Assembly (NCBI GenBank): GCA_039028615.1
Contig: JBCCHT010000039.1
Location: 47,040-111,039 of the forward strand
Direction of reading: 5' to 3'
Length of the DNA: 64,000 nt
From: Myxococcota bacterium
GTDB lineage: Bacteria; Myxococcota_A; Polyangia; Nannocystales; Nannocystaceae
In this document: one piece after another, positions 30,270-41,068 of the stretch
Layout: the number at the start of each line of letters is the position of its first letter
Position numbering within the stretch: the stretch's first letter is position 1
The notes under the pieces: generated by a model
Told to the model about the DNA's origin: nothing
Seen by the model: the letters and a program-made list of their open reading frames with translations, nothing else
The model's database searches: none
Made by a program: the position numbers and the translations under genes

Positions 30270-31793
30270 CTACAGCGTCTTCAGGTACTCGAGCACCGCG
30301 CGCCGCTGCTCGTCGTCGAGGTGGTCGCCGAAGCTGTGCCCGCCGTTGCCGTAGCCGAACAGCGTGGTGTCGTAGATGAACTTGCGGTCGGCCTCGGCCG
30401 CCTCGTCGTGACCGACCGGCGACTCTTCCCAGGGCCAGCCCAGCGCCTGCTCGTCGAAGTTGGTGCTGTCGTAGTCGACCCGCCGCCAGTAGGTCGGCCG
30501 CGCGGTGCTGTCGAGCACGAGCGCCAGGGTGGGCACGGAGCCATTGTGTAGGAACGGCGCGGTGGCCCAGATGCCATCGAGCGGCGGCGCGGTGTAGCCG
30601 GGCTCGGGCGCAGCGGTGACGACCTCGCTGACGGTGCCGTAGAAGGAGTCGTTGAAGCGCTCTTCGAGGTGGTTGTAGGCGCCGCCCGGGCCGGCGTAGT
30701 CGGCAAAGGCGGAGTCGGTGCCGATCACGGCGGTGGGGATCAGCAGGTTGGGATAGGTCTCGGTGGCGGGGTCTGCATCGTAGGTACCGTGGCACCCGGC
30801 GCAGTCGCACTCGAAGATCTCCTGCCCCTGGGCGGCCAGCTCGGCATCGATGGCAAAGGGATAGTCGGGAGCCTCGAGCGACGCGAGGTAGGCCTGGATG
30901 TCGGCGAAGTAGTCGAGCATCTCCGAGGCCTCCTCGACGGTGTCGGTGCACAGCGAGGAGGCGAGGATCATGGTGCCGCGATGGTCACCGCGCGACATGC
31001 CGTTGCTGAAGTGGGTGGCCTTCTTGGCCGCGCGCCACCACGGGGGCGGATCGGCGGGCAGCACCCGGTCGGGCAACAGCTCGTACTGCGGCTCGTCGCT
31101 CCACGCCAAGGTCTCGGGGTCGCGGTGGGCGAGCAGCACGATGGCGTACATCACGGCCGGGTTGGCGCCGATGGTGGCCATGGTGCCGAAGGGCCCGAGG
31201 GTGGAGACGCGCTCCTTGAACTTGTTGAAGGCGATGTTGGCATCGCTGGTCTCCAACAGCGGAGGGATGGGATCGAGGATCTCGTCGAAGGCGTCGGTGC
31301 CGTCGTAGTCGACCTTGCCCAGGCCCACGATGAGCTCGCCGTTGAAGCGACCCGCGTGGCACTGCAAGCAGTTGGACACGACCAGCTCGCTGCCGTCGGG
31401 CTGCTCGACCACCGTCCACGAGTGGCCGACCTGGGCGTTCTTGCCCTCGCGTCCGGGCAGCGGCTCTTCCTCGCCGAGCACCCCCGACGCGACCCCGAAC
31501 AGGTCCCACGGGATCCCGCAGCTGACGTAGTCCTCGGTGATGAGCGCGCGGTACCCGGCGTCGGGATCGCCGGGCGGGAGCTGGGGCATCTCGATGACAT
31601 AGCCCGCCTCCCACGGCCCCATGCACGCCGCCTCACCCGTGCTCTGGTCCTCGCCAGTGGATGTGCCAGGCGTTGGCTCGCCCGTGCTGCTGCTGGACTG
31701 CGCAGGGTCGTCGGCGGACGGCGATTCGGAGCAGCCACTGAGGCCGAGCACCAGAGCGCCGCAGATCTGCCACGTTCGATCGAAGCCCCGCAT
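30270..31793 (-). CDS. Di-heme c-type cytochrome lipoprotein (RoxA/MauG/CCP-like C-terminal motif)
   Basis: CLQCH and [27 protein letters not shown]; ends AVLEYLKTL; lipobox LSGC. Confidence 0.85.
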   Translation of the reverse strand: MRGFDRTWQICGALVLGLSGCSESPSADDPAQSSSSTGEPTPGTSTGEDQSTGEAACMGPWEAGYVIEMPQLPPGDPDAGYRALITEDYVSCGIPWDLFGVASGVLGEEEPLPGREGKNAQVGHSWTVVEQPDGSELVVSNCLQCHAGRFNGELIVGLGKVDYDGTDAFDEILDPIPPLLETSDANIAFNKFKERVSTLGPFGTMATIGANPAVMYAIVLLAHRDPETLAWSDEPQYELLPDRVLPADPPPWWRAAKKATHFSNGMSRGDHRGTMILASSLCTDTVEEASEMLDYFADIQAYLASLEAPDYPFAIDAELAAQGQEIFECDCAGCHGTYDADPATETYPNLLIPTAVIGTDSAFADYAGPGGAYNHLEERFNDSFYGTVSEVVTAAPEPGYTAPPLDGIWATAPFLHNGSVPTLALVLDSTARPTYWRRVDYDSTNFDEQALGWPWEESPVGHDEAAEADRKFIYDTTLFGYGNGGHSFGDHLDDEQRRAVLEYLKTL

Positions 31794-31866
31794 CGAGTCC
31801 ACCATAACCCGAGAGGCAGCGGCAGATCCGCGGGGTCCAGCGGCACGTCCCACGACGCCACAAAAA

Positions 31867-31900
31867 ACGCAACTCTATTGCATTTGCATTCGAATTGCAG
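31867..31900. promoter_or_regulatory. Tandem putative Zur boxes
   Basis: ACGCAAC-TCT-ATTGCAT and TTGCATT-CGA-ATTGCAG resemble the deltaproteobacterial Zur consensus ATGCAAC-N3-GTTGCAT; directly upstream of a COG0523 GTPase. Confidence 0.6.
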
Positions 31901-31935
31901 ATACAGATCACGGCCGTCACAAACGGGAGCAACCG

Positions 31936-33168
<1,233 letters not shown>

Positions 33169-33178
33169 TGCGCCTGAG

Positions 33179-33200
33179 CGGGGGCTACATGAAGCCCCCG
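33179..33200. terminator. Hairpin between convergent genes
   Basis: CGGGGGCT-ACATGA-AGCCCCCG inverted repeat. Confidence 0.5.
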
Positions 33201-33215
33201 ATCCCTGGCCCCCGC

Positions 33216-33941
33216 TCAGGCAGTCCGCTGCAGATACGCCGCCAGCTCGTCGGCGCCGCCGATATGCGCCCCGTCGACGAACACCTGCGGCGTGGTGGCC
33301 TTGCCCGAGACCCCTCGTAGGGTGCGGAGCCCGGCGGGCACGTCCTCGTAGTCGAGCCCTCGCTCCTGCAGCATCGCCTTGGCGCGTGCGCAGTGAGAGC
33401 AGCCCGCCTTGGTGAACAACACGATGTCCGACGGCCGCTTCGCGTCGGGAGCGACGTAGTCGAGCATGGTGTCCGCGTCGGAGACGAGGAACGGGTCGCC
33501 GGGTTGCTCGGGCTCGATGAACATCTTGGTGATCACGCCGTCGTCCACGAGCATGGAGTAGCGCCACGAGCGGGGGCCGAAGCCCAGCTCGCTCTTGTCG
33601 ACGAGCATGCCCATCTGCGTGGTGAACTCGCCGTTGCCGTCGGGCAGGAAGGTGATGCGGTCGGCATGCTGGTCGCGCTGCCACGCCTCCATCACGAAGC
33701 CGTCGTTGACGGAGACGCACACGATGTCGTCGACGCCCGCGGCCTTCAGCGCGGGGGCGAGCTCTTGGTAGCGCGGCACGTGGGACGACGAGCACGTGGG
33801 CGTGAAGGCGCCGGGCAATGAAAAGACCACGACCTTCTTGCCCGCGAAGACCTCGCGAGTGCTGATGTCGCGCCACTGACCGTTGTCGCGAGCGCGGAAG
33901 GTGACCTCGGGAATGCGTTGTCCTTGTCGGTTCTCAGTCAT
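33216..33941 (-). CDS. Hybrid peroxiredoxin-5/glutaredoxin (glutathione-dependent peroxidase)
   Basis: SLPGAFTPTCSSSH, SVNDGFVM and RSWRYSML; C-terminal Grx with CSHC and TTPQVFVDG..IGG. Confidence 0.93.
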   Translation of the reverse strand: MTENRQGQRIPEVTFRARDNGQWRDISTREVFAGKKVVVFSLPGAFTPTCSSSHVPRYQELAPALKAAGVDDIVCVSVNDGFVMEAWQRDQHADRITFLPDGNGEFTTQMGMLVDKSELGFGPRSWRYSMLVDDGVITKMFIEPEQPGDPFLVSDADTMLDYVAPDAKRPSDIVLFTKAGCSHCARAKAMLQERGLDYEDVPAGLRTLRGVSGKATTPQVFVDGAHIGGADELAAYLQRTA

Positions 33942-34207
33942 GATTCGGTAACCCTCGAAGTGCGGTTGCCTCCCTTGCATTACGAGGATCGAGCCAAGAA
34001 CTGAATTCAATGAATTCAATGAGTTCGATGACGGCAGCACCCACAAACACCGAAATAGAGTCGTATATTTCAACGAAATATAGTTGAGAGCGAGATATCG
34101 GTGCGCCTCCAAACTGGCCAGTGGTCGCCCCCCGAAGGGGGGGCGCGCCGCGGCGACGTCCGATCGTACTGCTGGATCATGACCCCGTCGCGCGGGCGAG
34201 CAGAGCA

Positions 34208-34693
34208 ATGAAGCTACCGCGGTTAGCCGATCGCCGCGCTTCGGCCTGCTCGGCACGGGACCGCGCCGTCGGGGTCGTTTTTTCGTCTTCGTCGTATCAG
34301 CTGCAGACCTGTACGACCAACCTCGGGGCGACCCGCGACGGCAACCGCGGGCACGCGACGCTCAAGCACTGCTTGGTGCACATCAAAGATGAGCAGGGCA
34401 AGCCGCTGCGGACGTTCTCGATCGGCCGCGACGGCCTCGGCCCCGAGGGCAACGCGGACGTGCCCTCGAGTCGCTGCGACGCGCCGATCTCCGGCATCAG
34501 CGAGGCGCAGGTGAGCCGCTTCGAGCGATCGATGCAGGCGTGTGCCGACGCGGGCTACGAGTGGGGCGAGCGCGATTGCTGCTCGTGCATCGAGCGGGCG
34601 TTCGCGGACGGACTCGAGCGCGAAGCTCCGGCCGGCGTGCGCGGTGCCGCGGCCGAGCTGGCGTCGGTGCCCGACCCCCTGGGCGGCACCTGA
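34208..34693 (+). CDS. Hypothetical protein, possibly an N-terminally eroded remnant
   Basis: 3' part has coding-like codon bias; start uncertain. Confidence 0.4.
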   Translation: MKLPRLADRRASACSARDRAVGVVFSSSSYQLQTCTTNLGATRDGNRGHATLKHCLVHIKDEQGKPLRTFSIGRDGLGPEGNADVPSSRCDAPISGISEAQVSRFERSMQACADAGYEWGERDCCSCIERAFADGLEREAPAGVRGAAAELASVPDPLGGT

Positions 34694-34757
34694 GCGGCCG
34701 CCCCCTGGAAAAGGGGGCATGCGGGGACCGAGCCGCGGGCTACCGTGATCGCTCATC

Positions 34758-35093
34758 ATGAGCGACATTGCGACCATCAAGATCACGGGCCTCTACGGCC
34801 GTACGGGCCTGTACGGTCGCATTCGATTCTCGGTGTGCGACAGCAAGTCCAAGTGCTGGGTCGAGGCGACCTTTCCCAACGGCCCCGACGGCTGCAACAA
34901 CTGGCTCGACGTGGGCGACACCGTGTTCGAGGTCGCCAATAGCGTCTACAGCAGCACGAGCACGGCCGACGAGCGCATCGCCCAAGCGGAGATCCGCCCC
35001 TCGACCGCGTGCCCCTGCAACAGCAATCAAGTGGCGATCGACGAGGTGATCGCCATTTGGGTGGAAGAGCCCACGCAGCCCTTCCCGCCGTGA
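34758..35093 (+). CDS. Small Cys-containing hypothetical protein upstream of the PatA/PatG-like protease
   Basis: 111 aa with strong codon bias; internal TGLYGR-TGLYGR duplication; co-oriented 46 bp before the protease. Confidence 0.7.
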   Translation: MSDIATIKITGLYGRTGLYGRIRFSVCDSKSKCWVEATFPNGPDGCNNWLDVGDTVFEVANSVYSSTSTADERIAQAEIRPSTACPCNSNQVAIDEVIAIWVEEPTQPFPP

Positions 35094-35139
35094 CGGGCGG
35101 ATCGCCGTTCACATCCGGGGCCATGACACGTCGATCGTC

Positions 35140-36903
35140 ATGGTCGGGATGGTGCGCGGTCTACAACAGCTCCTCGATGATGCCGCCGGTCGGCGAAGCC
35201 ACTCCATCGGGCTCGTGGACGGGCCGGTGGACACCACCCACCCGGGCCTGTCGCGCTCGCGCATTCGCGGGAGCGAGCGCGCGGAGATGGCGTGCACCAG
35301 CCCCAGCAGCCCCGCCTGCCACCACGGCACCTTCGTCGCGGGCCAGCTCAGCGGGCTCAGCCCGATGTCGGAGCTGGTGGCGCATCCGCTCTTTTGTGAG
35401 GCGTCGGATCTCGGCCGCTGCCCCGTCGTACGCCCGAGCCACCTCGCGGACGCCATCAACGGCCTGATGGACCGAGGCGTCCGCATCATCAACATGAGCG
35501 TGGGCCTGCAGGGCGGCCCCGCCGGCTCGCTCAGCACCCTGCATCGCGCCTACCGTCGCGCGGAAAAAGAAGGCGTACTGCTCGTCGCGGCCGCGGGCAA
35601 CGACGGCCACAACGACGCCAACCCGCTGTTCCGCGATCCCTGGGTCATCCCCGTGGCCGCGCACGATCCCGCGGGGCGCGTCCTGCCCAGCTCCAATCGC
35701 GGCGGCATGGTGGCGCGCTACGGCTTGTCGGCCCCCGGCGAAGACATCGTCGGGCTCGCCCCGGGCGGCGGCAAGACCCGCATGAGCGGCACCAGCGTGG
35801 CCGCCCCCATGGTCGCCAGCGCGGCCGCGCTGCTGTGGTCGCTGTTTCCCCAGGCCACCGCGGCCGAGATTCACCACGCCTTGCGCCGACCCGAGTTCGG
35901 GCGCAGCGGCGACCTACCTCCGTCGCTCGACCTGGTGGACAGCCACCAATGGTTGAGCCGTCGATTCCCTCGCTCCACCGCCAACCCCAAGAGGTCCACG
36001 ATGATGCAGCACCTTCCGATCCCCGCCACGCCTCCCACCGCGGGCCACCCCCCGTCGTCTGCCTCGTCGGTCGTGCCGCAGGGGTATCTCGTCCCCCAGG
36101 GCATCGCGCCCCAAGCCTGCGGCTGCGACCCGGGCCCCGCCGCCGGCTTCGTGTACTCGACCGGCACCCTCGACCCGCGCTTCCCCGACGAAGGCGACAA
36201 GAAGGAGTTCACCAGTCGCGCTCGCGAGCAAGGCGTGGCCCCGGACAACTTCTACGCCGTGCTCTCGCAGCGGGACAATCGCTTCCTCGCGCGGCGCATC
36301 TGCTGGGCCCTGGTCGTCAACGAGCGCCCGGCCGGCATCCTGGTCCCCAGGTCCGAGCTCGAGCTCAACGATCTCATCGAGGCGCTCAACCCCGACCTGC
36401 AGCCCGACCCCGAGCTGGCGGTGACCGGGACGCTGGGCAGCACCGCGCCCGCGGAGAAGTGCGACGGGCTCGAGGTGCCGATGGTCGCGATCGCCGACCT
36501 GTCGTATTTCACCAAGGACCAGCTCATCAAGCAGCTCCACGACCAGGTGCACCTTCCGGCCGGGGCCACGTCGTCGGATCTCGACACCGCGATTCAGCGC
36601 ATCTGGACGCTGCTGGGGATCTGGCGGGAGCCCGGCTTCAATGACGAGCAGCGGGCCAAGAACTACGTCGCGCTGCGCACCACGAACATCTACGAGACGA
36701 CGGTGCAGCTGTCGCTCCCGAGCTCGGGTGCCTTCTGGCTGCAGTCGGCCACCGCGTCCTCGGACCAGACCGAGGCCGGCCGCAGCATCGTCAACGTCGA
36801 CTTCGCCTACCAAAACGCCTCGGGCCAGACGCAGACCTGGCGGGCGGAGATCGACGTCACCAACCTGTTCGCGTTCCAGAGCAAGGCTCTGTTCGCGGTG
36901 TGA
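35140..36903 (+). CDS. S8 subtilisin-like protease with PatA/PatG-type C-terminal domains
   Basis: Catalytic triad GLVDGPVD / HGTFVAG / MSGTSVAAP and AAAGND; C-terminal VYSTGTLDPRFP, FLARRICW, DEQRAKNY and EIDVTNLF resemble the PatG DUF. Confidence 0.85.
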   Translation: MVGMVRGLQQLLDDAAGRRSHSIGLVDGPVDTTHPGLSRSRIRGSERAEMACTSPSSPACHHGTFVAGQLSGLSPMSELVAHPLFCEASDLGRCPVVRPSHLADAINGLMDRGVRIINMSVGLQGGPAGSLSTLHRAYRRAEKEGVLLVAAAGNDGHNDANPLFRDPWVIPVAAHDPAGRVLPSSNRGGMVARYGLSAPGEDIVGLAPGGGKTRMSGTSVAAPMVASAAALLWSLFPQATAAEIHHALRRPEFGRSGDLPPSLDLVDSHQWLSRRFPRSTANPKRSTMMQHLPIPATPPTAGHPPSSASSVVPQGYLVPQGIAPQACGCDPGPAAGFVYSTGTLDPRFPDEGDKKEFTSRAREQGVAPDNFYAVLSQRDNRFLARRICWALVVNERPAGILVPRSELELNDLIEALNPDLQPDPELAVTGTLGSTAPAEKCDGLEVPMVAIADLSYFTKDQLIKQLHDQVHLPAGATSSDLDTAIQRIWTLLGIWREPGFNDEQRAKNYVALRTTNIYETTVQLSLPSSGAFWLQSATASSDQTEAGRSIVNVDFAYQNASGQTQTWRAEIDVTNLFAFQSKALFAV

Positions 36904-36916
36904 GGACGGGTGACCG

Positions 36917-38119
36917 ATGGCCATGTCGATGAAGACTCCCCAGTTCTGCGACCCGCCCGCGCATCCCGGGTGGACCCCCAAGGGGCTGCATCCCACCCCC
37001 GAGGCGGGGGCGCGACCGGTGAACTCCTACTCCTTCGGACGGCTGCGGCCTCGCTTCAGCAACCTCGGGGCGTGGCACGAGTTCTGGTGCCTGGTCTCCG
37101 AAGATCCCCCGCCCGCCAACAAGCCCGACGATCTCGATCGCCTCATCGTGCAGACCTTCGGGCCGAGCTCGACCGGCGAGCTCCCCGACGCGTTCTATCT
37201 CGCACGCGAGCTACTGTGGCCGCTCGAGGACGTGTTCGGCATCCCCCAGCTGATCGTCGCCCCGCGCTCCGACGAGGAGATCGTGGAGCTACTCCAGACC
37301 ATGTGCGACTCGTCAGCCCGCTGCGCGACGCCGACCCACGCCATCATACGCGGCTGGATGCTGGGCTTCGCCAGCGGACTCGGGGGTGAGCTGGGCGGGC
37401 TCCCCATGGTCGGGCTCGTCTCGGCTGCGTGCTACGACGTCGAGCAGCAGATCCGCCCCGGCTGTGCCGACGACCGGGCCCGCCTGTTCAAGGCCTATCA
37501 GCCCCTGCTGGCCAACAACGGGATCGGCGACGAGCTGCGCGCGATGAACTTCATCCTCACGCAGTCGAGCGGCTTTTACGAGCTGGCCTCGCGCCTCGAC
37601 GAACGCAGCCGCACGCCCGACCAAGAGAGTCGCCTCGTCGGCATGCACTCGCTGGTCGTCGAAGCCCCGCGGGCCAAGCCGCTCATGGAGGTGGTGTTCT
37701 CGTTTCAGAACACCGCGAGCGGGGCCGTGAGGCGTTGGTCCCAGCGCGTCGACGTGGGCAGCCCCTTCATGTTCCTCGACCCCGAGGAAGTCCTGCCGTT
37801 CTACTCGCGCCCGTCGGGCTCCATCCAGCCGCAGTGGTCGGGCAGCATCGCACCACAGCGCCACGACGAACCGAACGCGGCCGTCCCCGAGGAGTCGGAG
37901 GCCGGAGCCGCGACGGTGGCCGAAGCCGAGCCGGAGGTCGCGGCCGAAGCGAGCCCGAGCGACGCGAGCCCGAACGACGCGGCGACGGCCGAGGCCGCGG
38001 AGGCTCCCGCCCCGTCGGCGCAGTCCGAAGACACGGCGGTACCCGAGTCGAGCGCAGCGGCCGAAACCCAAGCCGCCGAGGCCCCCGAGGACCCCTCCGA
38101 ACCGGGCTCGACCCCATAG
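36917..38119 (+). CDS. Stand-alone PatG-type C-terminal domain protein with acidic low-complexity tail
   Basis: YSFGRLRPRF, YLARELLW, NNGIGDELRAMNF, EVVFSF and RVDVGSPF parallel the C-terminal half of 35140-36903. Confidence 0.8.
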   Translation: MAMSMKTPQFCDPPAHPGWTPKGLHPTPEAGARPVNSYSFGRLRPRFSNLGAWHEFWCLVSEDPPPANKPDDLDRLIVQTFGPSSTGELPDAFYLARELLWPLEDVFGIPQLIVAPRSDEEIVELLQTMCDSSARCATPTHAIIRGWMLGFASGLGGELGGLPMVGLVSAACYDVEQQIRPGCADDRARLFKAYQPLLANNGIGDELRAMNFILTQSSGFYELASRLDERSRTPDQESRLVGMHSLVVEAPRAKPLMEVVFSFQNTASGAVRRWSQRVDVGSPFMFLDPEEVLPFYSRPSGSIQPQWSGSIAPQRHDEPNAAVPEESEAGAATVAEAEPEVAAEASPSDASPNDAATAEAAEAPAPSAQSEDTAVPESSAAAETQAAEAPEDPSEPGSTP

Positions 38120-38222
38120 CCCCGGGTCGCGGCATCGCGTGCCGAGCCGGAGGGCGCGGTGCGTGGACGCGGCGGCTTTTCGTGCGCTGCGCTTCGCCCT
38201 GGTTTAGTCTGCGGGCCAGCCC

Positions 38223-38846
38223 ATGAAGCTCTCGCTCGCCACGCTCCTCGTCGTGTCCATGCTCGGTGGCTGTGCCACGGCCCCGGACTGCCCCCAACCG
38301 AGCGAGGTCCCGGCGGCCCCGGCCCCCGAAGCCGACGCGCCCGCGGTCGTCGCGGCCGAGCCCGCCGAAGCCCCCGGTCCCGCCACCGTGATCGTGTTCG
38401 TCCGGCACGCCGAGAAGGCCTCCGATGGCACCCCGGACCCGCCGCTCACCGAACGCGGCCAGCGACGCGCCGAGTGCCTGGCCACCCTGCTGGGCCCGTT
38501 CGAGGCCGATGTCGTGCTCCACAGTGAGTACCAGCGCACCCGCAATACGGTGAAGCCGCTGTCCGACGCCCTCGGCGTGAACCCCACCGTGATCGAGGCG
38601 GGCAACCTCCAGGCCTGGAAAGACGCCCTGAACACGGTCCCGCCCGGCTCCCACGTCGTCGTGTCCGGCCACTCCAACACCATTCCCGCCTGGGTCCAAG
38701 CGCTGGGGGCAAAGCTCCCCGGTCTCGACGAGCACGGCAACATCCCGCACGACGACTACGACCGCATGGTGCAGGTGGTCCTCGACGGTGAGGGTCAGCT
38801 GCTCACGAGCTACACCACGGCCTACTGTACCGAACCCGCGGGATGA
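38223..38846 (+). CDS. Histidine phosphatase (phosphoglycerate mutase family) lipoprotein
   Basis: Lipobox LGGC; FVRHAEK, LTERG, RTRNT and SGHSNTIP. Confidence 0.85.
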   Translation: MKLSLATLLVVSMLGGCATAPDCPQPSEVPAAPAPEADAPAVVAAEPAEAPGPATVIVFVRHAEKASDGTPDPPLTERGQRRAECLATLLGPFEADVVLHSEYQRTRNTVKPLSDALGVNPTVIEAGNLQAWKDALNTVPPGSHVVVSGHSNTIPAWVQALGAKLPGLDEHGNIPHDDYDRMVQVVLDGEGQLLTSYTTAYCTEPAG

Positions 38847-38863
38847 GTTTTGAAACAGCTTCT
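38847..38863. repeat. 17-bp direct repeat, copy 1 (GTTTTGAAACAGCTTCT), IS-end-like
   Basis: Identical to 43459-43475; its last bases run into CTAG. Confidence 0.7.
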
Positions 38864-39246
38864 AGTGTCCTGAGTCAGCTTTTCGTTGCATAGCCCCCGT
38901 CAGAGCACGAGAAGAGTGCTCAACGCGGGCTCGGCTTCGCCCCTCGAAAGTGGTGAACGGGTATCGCTTGGGAAATGACCCCAGCCGGCCGAAACCCGAG
39001 GGCACCGTTGCGACGTAGGTACTCGGTGAACGGCGGCGGGTGGTCTGATCTTCGGTAACAAGCCGGGCCTCCGCCATCCCTACGGGCGCGCACCTTCGAT
39101 GGCCGACGCAAGAACGACACGTTCTGTATGCGCGTGATGATTGTCGGCGTCGTCGACCATGGCGGTGCCGCCGCCACCGCCACCGCCCTGCATCAAGGAT
39201 TGGTCTATTCGGGGACGTACCCGTGCGTAGCTGCCATTCTATTTGC

Positions 39247-39270
39247 AATTGATATTCATTATCATTATTA
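39247..39270. promoter_or_regulatory. Putative Fur box
   Basis: AATTGATATTCATTATCATTATTA, an AT-rich island resembling GATAATGATAATCATTATC, just upstream of the methyltransferase. Confidence 0.7.
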
Positions 39271-39283
39271 TCGACACGAACCG

Positions 39284-40180
39284 ATGGCACAGGAAAAGAA
39301 CTCGAAACAGACGGTCGATCTCGGTGCGGTGCAGGAGACGCTGCTCATTCCGTTGGTCTCTCGGGCGGAAGAGACCAAGAAGACCCACGGACTGGTGCAC
39401 GACCCACGCGCGGTCGAGATCGTCGAGTCTCTCGACTACGACTTCGACAAGTGGCGAAAGAGCCCAATGATCCTCGCCGGCGCATGCGTCCGCACCCGCA
39501 TGTTCGATCGCATCACCGAGCGCTTCCTCGCCGAACACCCCACCGGAACCATCGTCGAGATCGGTTGTGGGCTGAACACCCGCTTCGAGCGGCTCGACAA
39601 CGGCAAGGCGACGTGGTTCGACCTCGACCTCCCCGACAGCATCGCCTTGCGTCGCCGCTACTTCGAAGACCAACCGCGCCGCACGATGCTCGCGGGGAGC
39701 GTCCTCGACGACGAGTGGCTCGAGCCCGTCGCCGCCGCGGGCGGCCCCTACCTGTTCCTGTCCGAGGCCGTGCTCGTGTACCTCGAGGAAGCCCTCGTTC
39801 GACAGGCGATCACACAAATCGCCACCCGCTGCCCCGACGCCTGGTTCGTCACCGACCTCGCTGCCAAGAAGCTCGCCACCCCCGACTACGCCGCCAAGTC
39901 CCGCGACCGCATGGGGATCAAGGCGTGGTTCGCCTGGGGGTGCGACGATCCGCGCGCGCTCGAGGGCTGGCACCCCGGCACCGAGCTGCTCTCGGCCGAG
40001 ACGTTCAGCGACGCGCACGACGACATCGTCGGACGCATGCCCACCCTCTTTCGGGTCCTCACCCGCTACGCACGCTGGATCGCGCGGATCATGACCAGGA
40101 ACTACGTGATCGCCCACTATCGGCTCGGAGGTCCGACTGGTGCTCCGGCCGGAGAGGACGAGCCCGCCGCGGTGGCGTGA
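39284..40180 (+). CDS. Class I SAM-dependent methyltransferase (LCM/TcmP-like O-methyltransferase)
   Basis: VQETLLIPL, RTRMFD, VEIGCGLNTRFERL, WFDLDLP and LSEAVLVYL. Confidence 0.9.
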   Translation: MAQEKNSKQTVDLGAVQETLLIPLVSRAEETKKTHGLVHDPRAVEIVESLDYDFDKWRKSPMILAGACVRTRMFDRITERFLAEHPTGTIVEIGCGLNTRFERLDNGKATWFDLDLPDSIALRRRYFEDQPRRTMLAGSVLDDEWLEPVAAAGGPYLFLSEAVLVYLEEALVRQAITQIATRCPDAWFVTDLAAKKLATPDYAAKSRDRMGIKAWFAWGCDDPRALEGWHPGTELLSAETFSDAHDDIVGRMPTLFRVLTRYARWIARIMTRNYVIAHYRLGGPTGAPAGEDEPAAVA

Positions 40181-40249
40181 CGAACTCGTGTCGGGCCCTT
40201 GCTCGGCGGCCCGACGTCACCACCAGCTCGATTCCAAGACCTCGGGGAG

Positions 40250-40522
40250 TGCACGGACAACGCCGATGTCGTGTTGCAGGACGTGCGCTGTGGCGCGGGG
40301 GTCGGTGCCCTGTCGCCGTTCATCGCCGACGAAGTTCTCGAACGCGGAGAGCTCGTTCGAGTCTCGCCGCAGTGGCGGATTCCGGGCCGCCATGGCGTCT
40401 ACGCCGTCCATCCGCACCGCGGCCTGCTGCCGCGACGCGTGCAGGCGGTCATTGAGCACCTCGGCGAGCGGCTGCGCGAGGCTCAGGTCGACTGGGACCG
40501 CATGACCGCCGATCCTGCCTAG
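40250..40522 (+). pseudogene. C-terminal fragment of a LysR substrate-binding domain
   Basis: DNADVVLQ..RCGAGVGAL...GELVRV..W.....VYAVHPHRGLLPRRVQAVIEHL; no HTH or N-terminal part upstream. Confidence 0.7.
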
Positions 40523-41068
40523 CGTGGTGAGTCCGCTTTTCCGAAATCTCGCGGGTCGACAGGTGGGAGTTGGGACCCGAGGGCAAGGCCGCGAATTCGA
40601 CGCGGTATCGAGCGGCGGTTTGTAAGCGAGGCAGGGTCAACACCCGAGATCGAGCGCGTGCGCGGGGCCAGTGATGCTCACCTGCGCTCGGGCTCCGCGG
40701 GTGGTCCCAAATACCCTCGTGTCGAGGTCCTAGTCCAATATCTGCGTTGGCAGCGAGGCCTTCTTCCCGAATCGTGCGGGGCCGGCGGCGCAGACGCGGT
40801 GGAGCCGAGAGGTCACGAATGGAGTCCCGTGGATAATCCAGAGGCTCCGCCGTGACTACCAGATACCTGGAAGTGAACGTCCGCCGTGGGCCCGTGGGCT
40901 CGCCGACATGGAGAGCTTGCGCAGAGAGTGACGAGCTGTCGATCTCGCGACCGGTCACAGAGAATCAGTAGTCCGGCGCCGTGATTCTCAATGACTTGTT
41001 CGGCCTGACAGATGCACATGGTGCATCTGATTAACATGCACAACAGAATGATCGAAGCAGGTAGAGAA

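Noticed and set aside
34758..38119. Canonical cyanobactin gene cluster
   Set aside because: No PatE-like leader or recognition sequences, and no heterocyclase, oxidase or PatB/C/F homologs in the window
38880..39240. Possible tRNA, riboswitch or small ORF in the intergenic region
   Set aside because: No cloverleaf, recognisable riboswitch core or coding bias found by eye
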